Source: Octopus sinensis
Lineage: Eukaryota
Reading direction: 5' to 3'
Assembly: GCF_006345805.1 (NCBI RefSeq)
Contig: NW_021835528.1
Span: 1-39,870, forward strand
Length of the DNA: 39,870 nucleotides
Below the pieces are notes generated by a model. The model made no database searches. It was not told the DNA's origin and saw nothing but the letters and a program-made list of their open reading frames with translations. The position numbers were made by a program, and so were the translations under genes. Positions within the stretch are counted from its first letter, which is position 1, and each line of letters opens with the position of its first letter. Below, one piece after another: positions 26,087 through 37,912 of this stretch.

Positions 26087-26498
26087 GGCGCAGGAGTGTC
26101 TGTGTGGTAAAGAGCTTGTTTACCAACCACATGGTTCTGAGTTCAGTCCCACTGCGTTGCACCTTGGGCAAGTGTCTTCTACTATAGTCTCGGGCCGACC
26201 AAAGCCTTGTGAGTGGATTTGGTAGACGGAAACTGAAAGAGGCCCGTCCTATATATGTATATATATGCGTGTTTGTGTTTGTGTGTTTGTGTGTCTGTGT
26301 TTGACCCCCTAGCATTGCTTGACAACCGATGCTGGTGTGTTTATGTCCCCGTTACCTAGCGGTTCGGCAAAAGAGACCGATAGAATAAGTACTGGCCTTA
26401 CAAAAGAATAAGTCTCGGGGTCGAGTTGCTCGATTAAAGGCGCTGCTCCAGCATGGCCGCAGTCAAATGACTGAAACAAGTAAAAGAGTAAAAGAGAA
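26087..26498 (+). mobile_element. Full-length, well-preserved family A SINE
   Basis: GGCGCAGGAGTGTCTGTGTGG (A box), GAGTTCAGTCCC (B box), CCTTGGGCAAGTGTCTT (CORE-like), internal (TA)/(TG) tract, tail AAGTAAAAGAGTAAAAGAG. Confidence 0.92.
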
Positions 26499-26704
26499 AT
26501 AGTAGCGGATATTCTTCGATTTTTGGAAGGTGAGGTATCGTTAGCTATAGAGGATGGGAGTTAATGTATGCGATATTATCAATCAATGCAGAACACGGGG
26601 AACCGGGTTTTCTTTCATACTGATGATGAGGCGAGAAAGAGTCGCAGGTATGACGCTTGAAACTGTTAAAGGTATGACGGTTCCCAAGTTAAGCATGATA
26701 TCGG

Positions 26705-26890
26705 CAAATTTTTAGGTAGTCAATTATATCAATCCCAGATTTTGGTTAGTACTTTCTTTGGTTAGCCCCGGAGACTTGAAAAGCACAGCTGCTCTCGGCA
26801 AGATTTGAACTTGGAAAGTATACAGTCAGAAGAAATATTACAGTTAATTTTGCTTCAAATGCTGCTGACACTACAAGCTCGCAACCTTTA
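26705..26890 (-). mobile_element. Highly decayed family B SINE
   Basis: Reverse complement contains AAGTTCAAATCTTGCCGAGAGCAGCTGTGCTTTTCAAGTCTCCGGGG...AAAGTACTAA...CTGGGATTGAT. Confidence 0.55.
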
Positions 26891-28214
26891 TCATTATAAT
26901 GCAATCTTCTTGTTGCTCTTATTATTATTATGATTATTATTATGAACACCATCTTCATTAACTTTAATGTTAAGCAAATTTACTTATAGCTGTGGTGTAT
27001 ATTCAATGATATCAGCATACCTATGCGTGGCATTTAATCACACACACACACATGCACACACACACAAACACACTCACTACTCCGAAAAAAATAGAACGGT
27101 GTTGCGAGTTCTCCGAGATTAAATTTAGGAATGTCAAGTAAGCTGTATTATTATCATTTTCCTCCTCCTCCCTCCCCTCCTCCTCCTCCTCATCATCATC
27201 ATCATCATTACCACCACCATGACTAGTAGTAGTAGTAGCAGCGGCAGTACTACTCTTACAACGAGATAATCATTATAATGATATTGGTATATATATATAT
27301 ATAATATATATATATTATATATATACATATATGCATGTATATATATGAAAATACATGCGTACATAGATATGTATATGCATACATAGACATACGTATACGT
27401 ACATAAGTATGTATTTAATAATAACATTTGAACTTTAATTGTAAGATATTTATGCGAAAGGATTCGATTATCGAAGACTTCGTAATGAATGGTTATGATA
27501 TTGCCATTTCAATGGAAGATAATTAGCCACCGTCATCCCTTCCTCTCCAATATCACATGCTAGACTATCCAGTTAATATGTTCGACCTCTTCACAATTTT
27601 CTTTCTTTCTTATTGTTGTCTCTGCTGCTTACATAGTTTCCTGTCTTTTTTTGCGTATTTAACCTTTTCGCCGCTCCACCTTTCTTTGCCAAGGAAGGGC
27701 AACCTATTTTCCTAGAGCAACAGAAGAAATATGTCTTGAGAAGACTATAAAGAGTAAAGACAATTCTTTTCGCTTACATCTATTTCTTGAAAGACGAATT
27801 CATCCAATAAAATGAATGTGCAGAAGTAGGTGCTGCTAATCTGCACAATTGAAGTTAAAAGTAGCGAGGTTTCATGCAAGTTCTCAGCGATCAAGCCAGC
27901 CCTTAAGCATTCACCTATCTACTAAAAAATACTATTGGGAGAAGAGGGTAATCTATACCTAGAAGGACAGAATAATACCTAGAACCTTTGCTTGAGAATC
28001 TCACCTGTCTGAAAATCGTATATGTTTACCTGGCTGAGGGAATGTATAAATTCTTTAGCTCGGAATTTTATGATTCCTTGCTTTAATCCATTTCCCTGTT
28101 TGGTTTCGCTTACGCACTATCAAAACCGTACATTGCCTATAGTTAGTCCTTGTGATATTACCATTGTAACCATACAATACACATTACAAACCTAAAAATA
28201 TTTATTAGTGTTTG

Positions 28215-28420
28215 GTGGCAGGTTGACAGAATCATTTGGGCGACTGACTAAACATCCTGCAATATTTCTTTCCTCACATTACATTCTGATTTCAAATCCC
28301 AAATCTCTAAAATGTTCTCTTTATGTATCAAGCTTAATGAAATTAAATACCAGTCAAAGCAAGGATTCGTAGGAAATGACTTAACCCGTCGCGTCGAAAT
28401 TGCTGGCCTTCTTATATAAA
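28215..28420 (+). mobile_element. Highly decayed family B SINE
   Basis: TTGACAGAATCATT head, TTACATTCTGATTTCAAATCC B-box region, AAATTAAATACCAG, and an AAATTGCTGGCCTT tail. Confidence 0.5.
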
Positions 28421-28479
28421 AAAGTAAATCTTTCCACTCCTTTTAAATTACTGCTTTATTTTTTGTTACTGTCTATTCT

Positions 28480-29830
28480 TTGATATTGATATCCACAATT
28501 TCTCTTACTGAAAATACTAAATTCATTTCCATATACTACATCCTGCTTATTTCATTCTGTTTGTAAGCACATTTTAAACATGTTTCCAAGCGTTGTTTAG
28601 TCTTGGAGGAATTGAATTATCTATCCCGAATACAGAAATTTTTGTTCGAGTCATTGATAACTTTTTATCTTTCCTTTCGCCTCCTCGTCAGTCAGTATAG
28701 GAATATTCCAGATGAATGCATCTAGGCCATTGCTATGCATCGCATTTGGTGCACAATATCTCTATGGTACTCCCTCCTAAGTCTCTTTACAAAGCAAACT
28801 CAGTCTGCTGCTCTTTGAACATAGCTGTTGACTCCATCATGTCTATCAAAATAATTCAACTTGCATGCGTTCGATTACTGATAATCGAACTTAGGCAGCC
28901 GCCAATGATGTGGCCAATTTTTCTCCCTGTACTGAGAACTCATGCTAAAGCCAAATACAAACTCAACTTTTGCAATATAATATAAAACGTTTTTCAAGTA
29001 ATTTATATTTTGTAATAATTTCTGGGTAAGCACTGGTACGTACTACAGGACTAAAATTAGACCTTCCGTTTCTGCTTCTCGCTAAAGCTCTAGAATCGTT
29101 CTTTACTTCCACTCTGACTTTCTTCTCCTTGTTTTCTCTTTGCTTCCATAGAATTTCATTTTTTTCTCTCTAATTTTTGTTTAATAATATTCTGGCAGAA
29201 ATGTTAGCACGCCCGGCGAAATGCTTTGCATTTTTTTACGTTCTAAGTTCAAATTCTGCCGAGGTCGACTTTGCCTTTCATCCTTTAAGGTTCAATAAAT
29301 TAAGTACCAGTTGCGTACTGGATTCGATCTAATCAACTGCCCTCCTCCCACATCGCACAAAATTTCGGGCTTTGTGCCTAGAGTATAAAAGAATATTCTA
29401 GAATTCTCTCTTAGTTTCCTATTTTACATTTCTAATCATTCTAATGTTTGGTCCATATCTAACCCCTTTTTCTCTGGGTAATTGGGTTGTAGTTAATTTA
29501 TTATTGTTTCAGTGAGTATGCGATTGCTTTGAAATCTCTACGCAATTTCCTGAATTTTCTTTCGAATTACTATAATTCATTTAAACTCTACTTTACTACA
29601 TAAATACTGCAGTTTATAACTGGGACAACTAAAGAATTTATGCATATTAGTGTCATACTTTACGTATTGAGTTCACTTATAAAAATTCGCCTGGCTTCTC
29701 ACTAATACTCTTTGCTAATTTTCTCCTTGGTTTCTGTGTCTTTTATCTTATCAGTTTAATCTCCTCTTAACCATTTCTATGGACGGTTCTGGTCTAATTC
29801 TCAGATTTCACTGTCGGTGTCATAATTAAA
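28480..29830 (-). pseudogene. Decayed RLE-type non-LTR retrotransposon (R4/Dong-like): RT C-terminal region, Cys/His motif and endonuclease region
   Basis: Manual minus-strand translation through stops and frameshifts gives, in order: I*ELDQ, KEKISKEY, RIFISELN, INSLVVPVINCS, ERKFRKL, AETEGLIL, TRNYYK, GHIIGGC, YFDRHDGVNSYV, IWNIPILTDEE, DNSIP, EISRM*. These parallel the recalled R4/Dong motifs KEKIRKEY, ELNSKN, INSLAVPV, DRKIRK, AETEGF, TRNY, DHIVSGC, YIHRHD, LWDMPIHTDRE, DVSIP, EITRMW. Interrupted by a SINE at 29194-29399. Confidence 0.8.
29194..29399 (+). mobile_element. Family B SINE inserted into the R4/Dong relic, with an AATATTCT target-site duplication
   Basis: AATATTCT at 29186-29193 and 29392-29399 flanks a typical body GGCAGAAATGTTAGCACG...GCCGAGGTCGACTTTGCCTTTCATCC...GCCTAGAGTA. 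Confidence 0.9.
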
Positions 29831-30018
29831 CTTTCTCGGTTTTAATTAATGTCTGTCTCTAATGGTAGCGCTGGAATTGCAGCTGTTGTTACTACTACTA
29901 CCACTACTGTCGCTGCTACTGTTCTTGTTGTTTTCTGCTGATGAAGACGATGATCTTAATGCTGTGAAAAATCAATGTTGTATATATTATTACTACTGTT
30001 ACTATTAGTGGTTTAGGG

Positions 30019-31990
30019 AAGGCAGCGAGCTGGCAGAAACGTCAGCGCCCCGTACCAACTGCCTAGCGGTATTTCGCAGGTCGTTACGTTCTGAGTTTGA
30101 CTTTGCCTTTTAACTTTTGGGGGTCGATAAATTAAGCACCTGTTGCTTACTGGGGTCGATCTACTCGACTGGCGCCCTCCACAAGAATTTCGAGGCTTGT
30201 ACCTAGAGTAGTAAAGATTATTATTATATGATGGCGGCGAACTGGCAGAATCGATAACACGCCGGACGACATGCTTAGTAGTATTTCCCCTGTCGCTGTG
30301 TTCTGAGTTCAAATTCTGCCGAGGCCGACATTACCTTTCATCCTTTGCGGGTCGATAAAATAAGTATCAGTTGAATACTGGAGTCGATGTAATCGACTCA
30401 TCTGCTTCAACAAATTTCCAGCTTTTGTGGCATAATTTGAATCCATTATTATTATTATTATTATTATTGAGTGAGAGAGCAGTTCATGCCATCAAAGTGA
30501 CACTGGGGTAAAATATACGAAGCCCAATATACCCATCATGACTACCCGTCTGATAAGGGTACACCAGGCACATGCATCACAACCATTATTATTATAACAA
30601 GACGGTGAGCTGGCAGAATCGTTAACACGCCGGGCGAAATGCGTAGCCGTATTTCGTCTGCCGTTACATTCTGAGTTCAAATTCCGTCGAGGTTGACTTT
30701 GCCTTTCATCCTTTCGGGGTCGATAAATTAAGTACCAGTTACGCACTGGGGGTCGATGTAATCGACTTAATCCGTTTTTCTGTCCTTGTTTATCCCCTCT
30801 ATGTTTAGCCCCTTGTGGGTAGTAAAGAAATAGGTATTTCGTCTACCGCTACGTTCTGGGTTACAATTTCGCCGAAGTCGACTTTGCATTTCATCCTTTC
30901 GGGATCGATAAATTAAGTACCAGTGAAACAATGGAGTCCATGTAATTGAATAGTCCCCTCTCCCAAATTTCAGACTTTGTGCCTATAGCCGAAAGGATTA
31001 TTATTATTACTGGTTAAGACGGCGAGCAAGAGGCAGAGTCGCTAGCAAGGCAGACAAAATGCTTGCCGGCATTTCTTCCGTTTTTTGTCCTCAGTTCAAA
31101 TTACGCTGAGGTCGACTTTGTATTTCCAGCTTTCGGGGTCCATAAAGTAAGTGCCAGTGAAGTACTGGGAGTGATGCAATTGTTTAGCGCCTCTTCTCGA
31201 TTACTGGGGTTCATGAAATCGGTTAGTTCCATATCTAAATCTCAAACCCTTATTACTGGCTGAGGTGGCGAATAGGTTGAACGAAATGTTAAATATTTTG
31301 CTCCAACACTTTACCTTCTGTGTCGAAATAATGTCGAGATCAATTTTGGATTTTATTCTTTAGGGACAGATAAAATATGTACCAGCTGAATTCTGGGGTT
31401 GACTTACCCGCTCCACGTAATATTGCTGACATCGTTCCACAATTTCAAACCCCTATTTTTAATAATATTGTAGAATCATAATCCATCGATGAAGTACCTT
31501 ACTTCATTTCTCTTTACTTGTTATGGTTTGAAATCAAATCCTGCGTTTGTCAGCTTTTCCTTTTCGTTATTCCCAGATCGATATAATGAAATATCACTCA
31601 AGCACTTGGATCGATAGTGTTGACTAACCTTTGCCCTTGAAATTGCTGACCTCCTGCCTATATCAGAAACCCTTATTATGACTGGCAGAATGGACAAAGC
31701 GCCTTGTTTATTTTGGGTCATAAGATACTAAGTTCAAAGCCAGCCGAGGTTAAGTTTAGCTTTCATCCTTTGAGGACCGAATAAACAAAACAACCAATCA
31801 AGTGTATTTAACCGCCTGACACAACTATAGGTCTTATACAACAATTAGAATTTATAGAACGAAAATTGGACAGACCATTCCACGTTCAATGATCAAGTGT
31901 CGCCGAGGTCAAGACTCCTTTTCATACATCCGCAATCGGTAGCACAGTGAAACAGGCACATACTGGCGGCGATGTGGTCCACTGAACGCT
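30019..31990 (+). mobile_element. Head-to-tail array of about 9 family B SINE copies or fragments
   Basis: Starts near 30019, 30232, 30599, 30834, 31016, 31261, about 31535, 31681 and about 31900; all on the plus strand, many joined by ATT-rich spacers. The right-hand copies are very decayed. Confidence 0.8.
30469..30585 (-). mobile_element. Short 3' terminal fragment of a non-LTR retrotransposon ending in (TAA)n (Dong/R4-like, inferred)
   Basis: 117 bp of non-SINE sequence flanked by (ATT)n on both sides; the minus strand ends ...CTGCTCTCTCACTC-AATAATAATAAT. The clade is inferred from the (TAA)n target preference known for Dong elements. Confidence 0.55.
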
Positions 31991-32029
31991 ATGATCTCAC
32001 AACTGCTGGCCTTGTGCGTGATTCGGAAA

Positions 32030-32040
32030 CAATTATCATG

Positions 32041-32078
<38 letters not shown>

Positions 32079-32170
32079 TATTATTATTATTATATTATCA
32101 TTATTATTATTATTATCAGTAGTAGAGTGGTATTTGTGGTAGTAATAGTAATAGCAGCAGCAGCAGCAGC
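32030..32170. repeat. (ATT)n/(CAG)n compound microsatellite
   Basis: Direct reading. Confidence 0.95.
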
Positions 32171-32383
32171 AGGAAAAGCAACTGGAACCACATAAAAGCA
32201 CACACAGACACAACTACACACCGACACAAACACACACAGATACACACATACACACGGACACACACGCATCTATAGGTTAATACTGAAAAGTATTCGCTTT
32301 ATCTCCGCAATCACTAAGTTCTGGAATTTAGCTGTTATTTCATACATACTCAAATAAAGATATACATACATGTGTATGTGTGC

Positions 32384-32415
<32 letters not shown>

Positions 32416-32640
32416 TAGTGTGTGTGTGTGTGTATGTGTATGTGTGTGTGTGTGCTTTCTATTAAGACGTTGATTTCGTTATGTGACATTCGTCCTATAG
32501 TGTAACGTTGTCTTTCTTCGCACGGCTATCATTGCATGTCAGATTTTGAAGTCCCTACCATGCATTTGCAGACCGGCAAACAAATACACACACGCACACA
32601 CACACGTGCGCACTTGTGTGCATACATACGTATTCAAATG

Positions 32641-32701
<61 letters not shown>

Positions 32702-32829
32702 ATGTGTGTGTGTGGTGTGTGTGTGTGTGTGTACAGATGATAGATGGAACGAGAGATAAACAGCATAGATATAGATACCTATGTTATACACCTGTGCGTT
32801 TGTGCATATATGTTAATGTGTGTATATAT

Positions 32830-32888
32830 ATAATATATATATTTACATGAATCATATATGCATAAATATTACATGTATATATAGATAT

Positions 32889-32937
<49 letters not shown>

Positions 32938-33405
32938 CATATACATATATATAAACATATATTCATTTATATACATATACATATACATATATATATACAT
33001 ATACATATATATATGCATGTATATATACATATACATAGATATATATGCATACATATATACATATACATAGATATATATACATACATATATATACATATAC
33101 ACATATATATACAATTATATATACATATACATACTTATATATCTATATACATATACATACTTATATATATATACATATACACATATATATACATACATAT
33201 ATATATATACATATATATACTATATATATATACATATATATATATACATATATATATACATATATATATACATATATATATATATACATATACATATATA
33301 TATACATAATATATATATATATACATACATATATATATACATACATATATATATACATACATAATATATATATACATATATATATATATACATATACATA
33401 TATAT

Positions 33406-33440
<35 letters not shown>

Positions 33441-33920
33441 TATATACAAACATATACATATATATATATATAATACATATATATATATACATATATATAC
33501 ATATACATACATATATATATAATACATACACCTATATATATACATACACATATATATATACATAATATATATATATATATATTATATATACATACATATA
33601 TATATGCATATATATATGCACATATATATATATATATCATATATATATATATGCATATATATATACATACACATTATATATATATATATATATACATACA
33701 TACATACTTATTATATCTATATATATATACATATATATACATACATATTATATATATATATGTATATATATAAATATATACATATATACATAACAATATA
33801 TATATATATATATATACATATATAGATATGTATATATAGAGAGTGTGTGTGTACTTATATATGTATATTTGTGTGTATTTGTACATATATTTAACTATAT
33901 ATATATAATATATGTATACG
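32830..33920. repeat. About 1.1-kb degenerate (TA)/(TACA)/(TATACA) simple repeat
   Basis: Direct reading; it produces the many Y/I/H/M ORFs in the track. Confidence 0.95.
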
Positions 33921-33957
33921 TATGTTGTATATGTTTGCTTGTACGTGTGTGTGTGTC

Positions 33958-34002
<45 letters not shown>

Positions 34003-34954
34003 TGTGTGTGTGTGTGTGTGTTTATATCCGGGTGTGAGTAAGCATCCACTAGCTTTTAATTTCATATTTCAACCTTGTTTTAAAAGTGAGCTAGCTGCAT
34101 ATTGTTTCAATCTGCAAATCCTTGCCTACTTCCTGCATTTCTTTCGCTATCACCCTTCCGCTCTCTCTCTCTCTCCCCTCTCTCCCCCCTCTCTCTCTCT
34201 CTATCTTTGTTATTCACTCAGTACAAATTCCTGTGTGTAAATCTAGAAACCAGCTTTATTTTGACAGCTGCTTGCTGATCCAGTTCAACATGACTATGCC
34301 ATTGTAACAATTTTCGTAGGTCATGTTAAAAAATAAAAAAATTGAAAATAAATAAATGAATCCATGAAAAATATGCCATTAATGAAAATATCACGAAAAT
34401 ACTGGAAAAATAAGAAATATCAGGAACAAGAACAACAACAACAACAACAGCAACTGCAAGATAGATAAACACGGATAACAACAGAAATGTAAATAATTCG
34501 ACCACCACCCTGGAACGAAGACACAGAGAAAAAAAACACAGTCATTTGTGAAAAATACAAAAATACAAAAATACAAACCCGGTAAATAACTGGCCCAAGA
34601 GCTAACCCTATCATGCCGAAAATGGTCATAAACCGTATCTTTGGCTGAATTGTGTTGAAATTTAAATTCTTTTATGAAGTTTTATATATTATACTGATCT
34701 CAATTATTTATTTCATTTTCTGGTTTTCTTTATTTCTTATATGTTTTTGGTAGTTGCGCAACCTTTATTTTTGGATATTATTTTGATGCTACTTCGGCCA
34801 TTATTTGATCCATGTAATGCTCTTTTGATATTTTCTGCGCCTGTCTTCAATTAGGGTGCAGACAAAAAAAATGAGTTTTATTTCGTTTTTCTTTCAAAAA
34901 GTAGAGTGGCAATCTTGACCGGATTTTGAATATGTACATATTTAGCATGTTGCT

Positions 34955-34970
34955 GTTATTATTATTATTA

Positions 34971-35017
<47 letters not shown>

Positions 35018-35068
35018 GTTATTATTATTATTATTATTATTATCATTATTAATTTTATTATTATTATG
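34955..35068. repeat. (ATT)n microsatellite
   Basis: Direct reading; it immediately precedes two family B SINEs. Confidence 0.95.
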
Positions 35069-35079
35069 TTCTAGTACGG

Positions 35080-35465
35080 AGTCGGTGAGCTGGTATAAAA
35101 GTTAGCAGCTCGGACAAATTTCTTAGCGGCATTTCGTCCGATTTCATATTCCTCAGAGGTCCACTACGCCTTTCATTTTGTCGGGGAGCGAAGAAATAAA
35201 TATCAGTCAAGCACTGAGGTAGATATGATCTACTAGCTCTTCCAATTCAGGCCCTGTGCCTATGTTATTAGAAAGGATTGTTAAAATTATATTTCGGTAG
35301 GAAGACGGAGAGGTACGTAGGATACTGACAATATGCTTAGCGGCATTTCGGCTCCCTTTACGTTGAGAATTCAAATTCTACCGAGGTCGACGTTTGAGGT
35401 CAATGACAAAAAGTCAGTCAAACTAATGAAGTTGATGTCATGGACTACACACTCCCTTCAAAAAA
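35080..35465 (+). mobile_element. Two decayed tandem family B SINEs (about 35080-35280 and 35300-35465)
   Basis: GGTGAGCTGGTATAAAAGTTAGCA...CTTAGCGGCATTTCG...CGCCTTTCAT...GGCCCTGTGCCTAT, then CTTAGCGGCATTTCG...TTCAAATTCTACCGAGGTCGAC. Confidence 0.7.
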
Positions 35466-35517
35466 GAAAACGAAAGGTGTTGGTCCAGTGCCAAAATTTT
35501 AAACAATGTTGATGTCC

Positions 35518-35573
35518 TAGTAGTAGTAGTTGTAGTAGTAGTAGCAGAAGCAGCAGAGGCAGCGGCAGCAGCG

Positions 35574-35628
<55 letters not shown>

Positions 35629-35667
35629 CAGCAGCAGCAGCAGTGGTAGTAGTAGTAGTAGTAGTAT
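35518..35667. repeat. Alternating (TAG)n/(CAG)n blocks
   Basis: Direct reading; it produces the poly-Thr/Ala/Leu ORFs. Confidence 0.95.
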
Positions 35668-36224
35668 GTAGCAGCCTCCGAAGTATTGCAATAGACGCCA
35701 TGCGTCTATTGCAATGGAAACTTCGGAAATTATTACAGTGGAGGAAATTCACACACTTCCCAATACAAATCTTCATTTCTAAGTTTATTTGTTATTTCCT
35801 TTTTTTTCTGATTTAAGGACAACTTTGATGTACGAACGTCAATATTGCACTAATCGTCTCAGCAGAAACCCTCTCACTTTACTCATTTCTTAACAGCCGG
35901 TATCTCTCCTAAGGAAATTCTAAGCAAATAAGAGCAAACGCCTGCTAGATTTTTGTGCACGCCTTGACAATTTTATAAGGGAGACCCGCCAAGAGGTAGC
36001 GAATCGCAGGCTATACTTGTTGACATAGAACCATCTTCCTAGTCTCAATGAACAGAGAAGAATTTTTTTTTTAAATCTGTCTCACAGACAGCTTTCTATA
36101 CCATATAATTAATTAGATTCATTCAAATTTTCTACTTTCTTACACATAGGTGAGCATAGGTTTTTCGTATTTCTTCGTAGTACAAAATATTCTCTTTTGC
36201 AGTTATTTATTTTTGCACAACGAG

Positions 36225-36790
<566 letters not shown>

Positions 36791-36923
36791 TATTCATAAT
36801 ATATATATGAATGCAGAGCACAGACTTCTCACATTAATTAGCCCATTGCCAATCCAATCAATACACTGATATTAGATTGATTGGAAACTAGCCATAGTCA
36901 ATTCTATACTTAAATGTACGTTC

Positions 36924-36964
<41 letters not shown>

Positions 36965-37754
36965 GATATAGATATAGATATATATATATATATATGTATG
37001 TATGTATATGCATGTATGTATATGTATGTATGTCATTTATATTGCGGGTAAATAAAATTCTTTGGCTTTGAGTTTTATCTGATTCTTAGTACCATTTCAA
37101 TTTTCAATATTTTTTTCCTAAATATTAATGATCTCACTGTACGATAATCTCTTGTGATTGATCACTTTCATGCCATAAAAAAATTGTTTTCTTCTTCAAT
37201 GATGCATGAAGTTTTGTGAGAGTTTATAGTAGTACTGATCATCGTTAAAAGAAGTCTGAAAATTTTTGTGATGTTGCACAGTTTCCTTACGGATTGATAA
37301 AAAAAACAGTTGGCAAATGATCCAGTATTGTAAAGCATTTCCTTATTTCCTTGTTCTTATGGTAGCGTTTGGAACGAGACTGAAGTGTACCTTTTTGAAA
37401 TGTATAAGAATGTCATCCCATTTTCTGGCTTAAAATTTCTTGAACTGCCATTTTTTTTGTAGACTTTCACCTGTCCTCTCATGAGCTTTAGTATTTCTTC
37501 TGACCACACACTCTATCTCTCTCTCACTCTCTCTCTCTCTATCTCTTTTCATGTATATATAGTATGATAAGGATGGAGACATATGGATAAACCGCATGTT
37601 GACTATTGAGTTTATTTTCCCCTCTATCTTCCTTTGCTGTTGGACTTTCCGCTTTGCTCGAATCATAAATCACCCTTTCTTCTCTGAGCGTTTTATTAAT
37701 GCCTTGCATGTACCACATCCTCGCGTTGCTTTTTCTTGTCCGTTTTCCTTTCAT

Positions 37755-37785
<31 letters not shown>

Positions 37786-37912
37786 CATATATGCATACAC
37801 ACACAGACCACAACCACACACACACTCACACACACACAACACCCACACACCCCACCACACACCACCAACACACACACACACACACACCACACACACACAC
37901 ATAATATATATA

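Noticed and set aside
26087-26160. tRNA gene call for SINE heads
   Set aside because: A and B boxes are present, but no complete cloverleaf; they continue directly into SINE bodies.
24632-31990. Regularly recurring conserved motifs suggestive of a CRISPR-like array
   Set aside because: The repeats are internal SINE domains and the intervening sequences are homologous to each other, not unique spacers; eukaryotic context with no cas genes.
15358-36155. Recursive-splice-like YAG|GTRAG sites (minus 15364 and 28005/28030; plus 36149)
   Set aside because: They occur on both strands with no known host gene; the count is compatible with chance in 40 kb.
36853-36885. 10-bp inverted repeat TCCAATCAAT/ATTGATTGGA; similar small hairpins at 8320-8350 and 19830-19859
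   Set aside because: Short stems in AT-rich DNA without associated structure; prokaryotic terminator logic does not apply.
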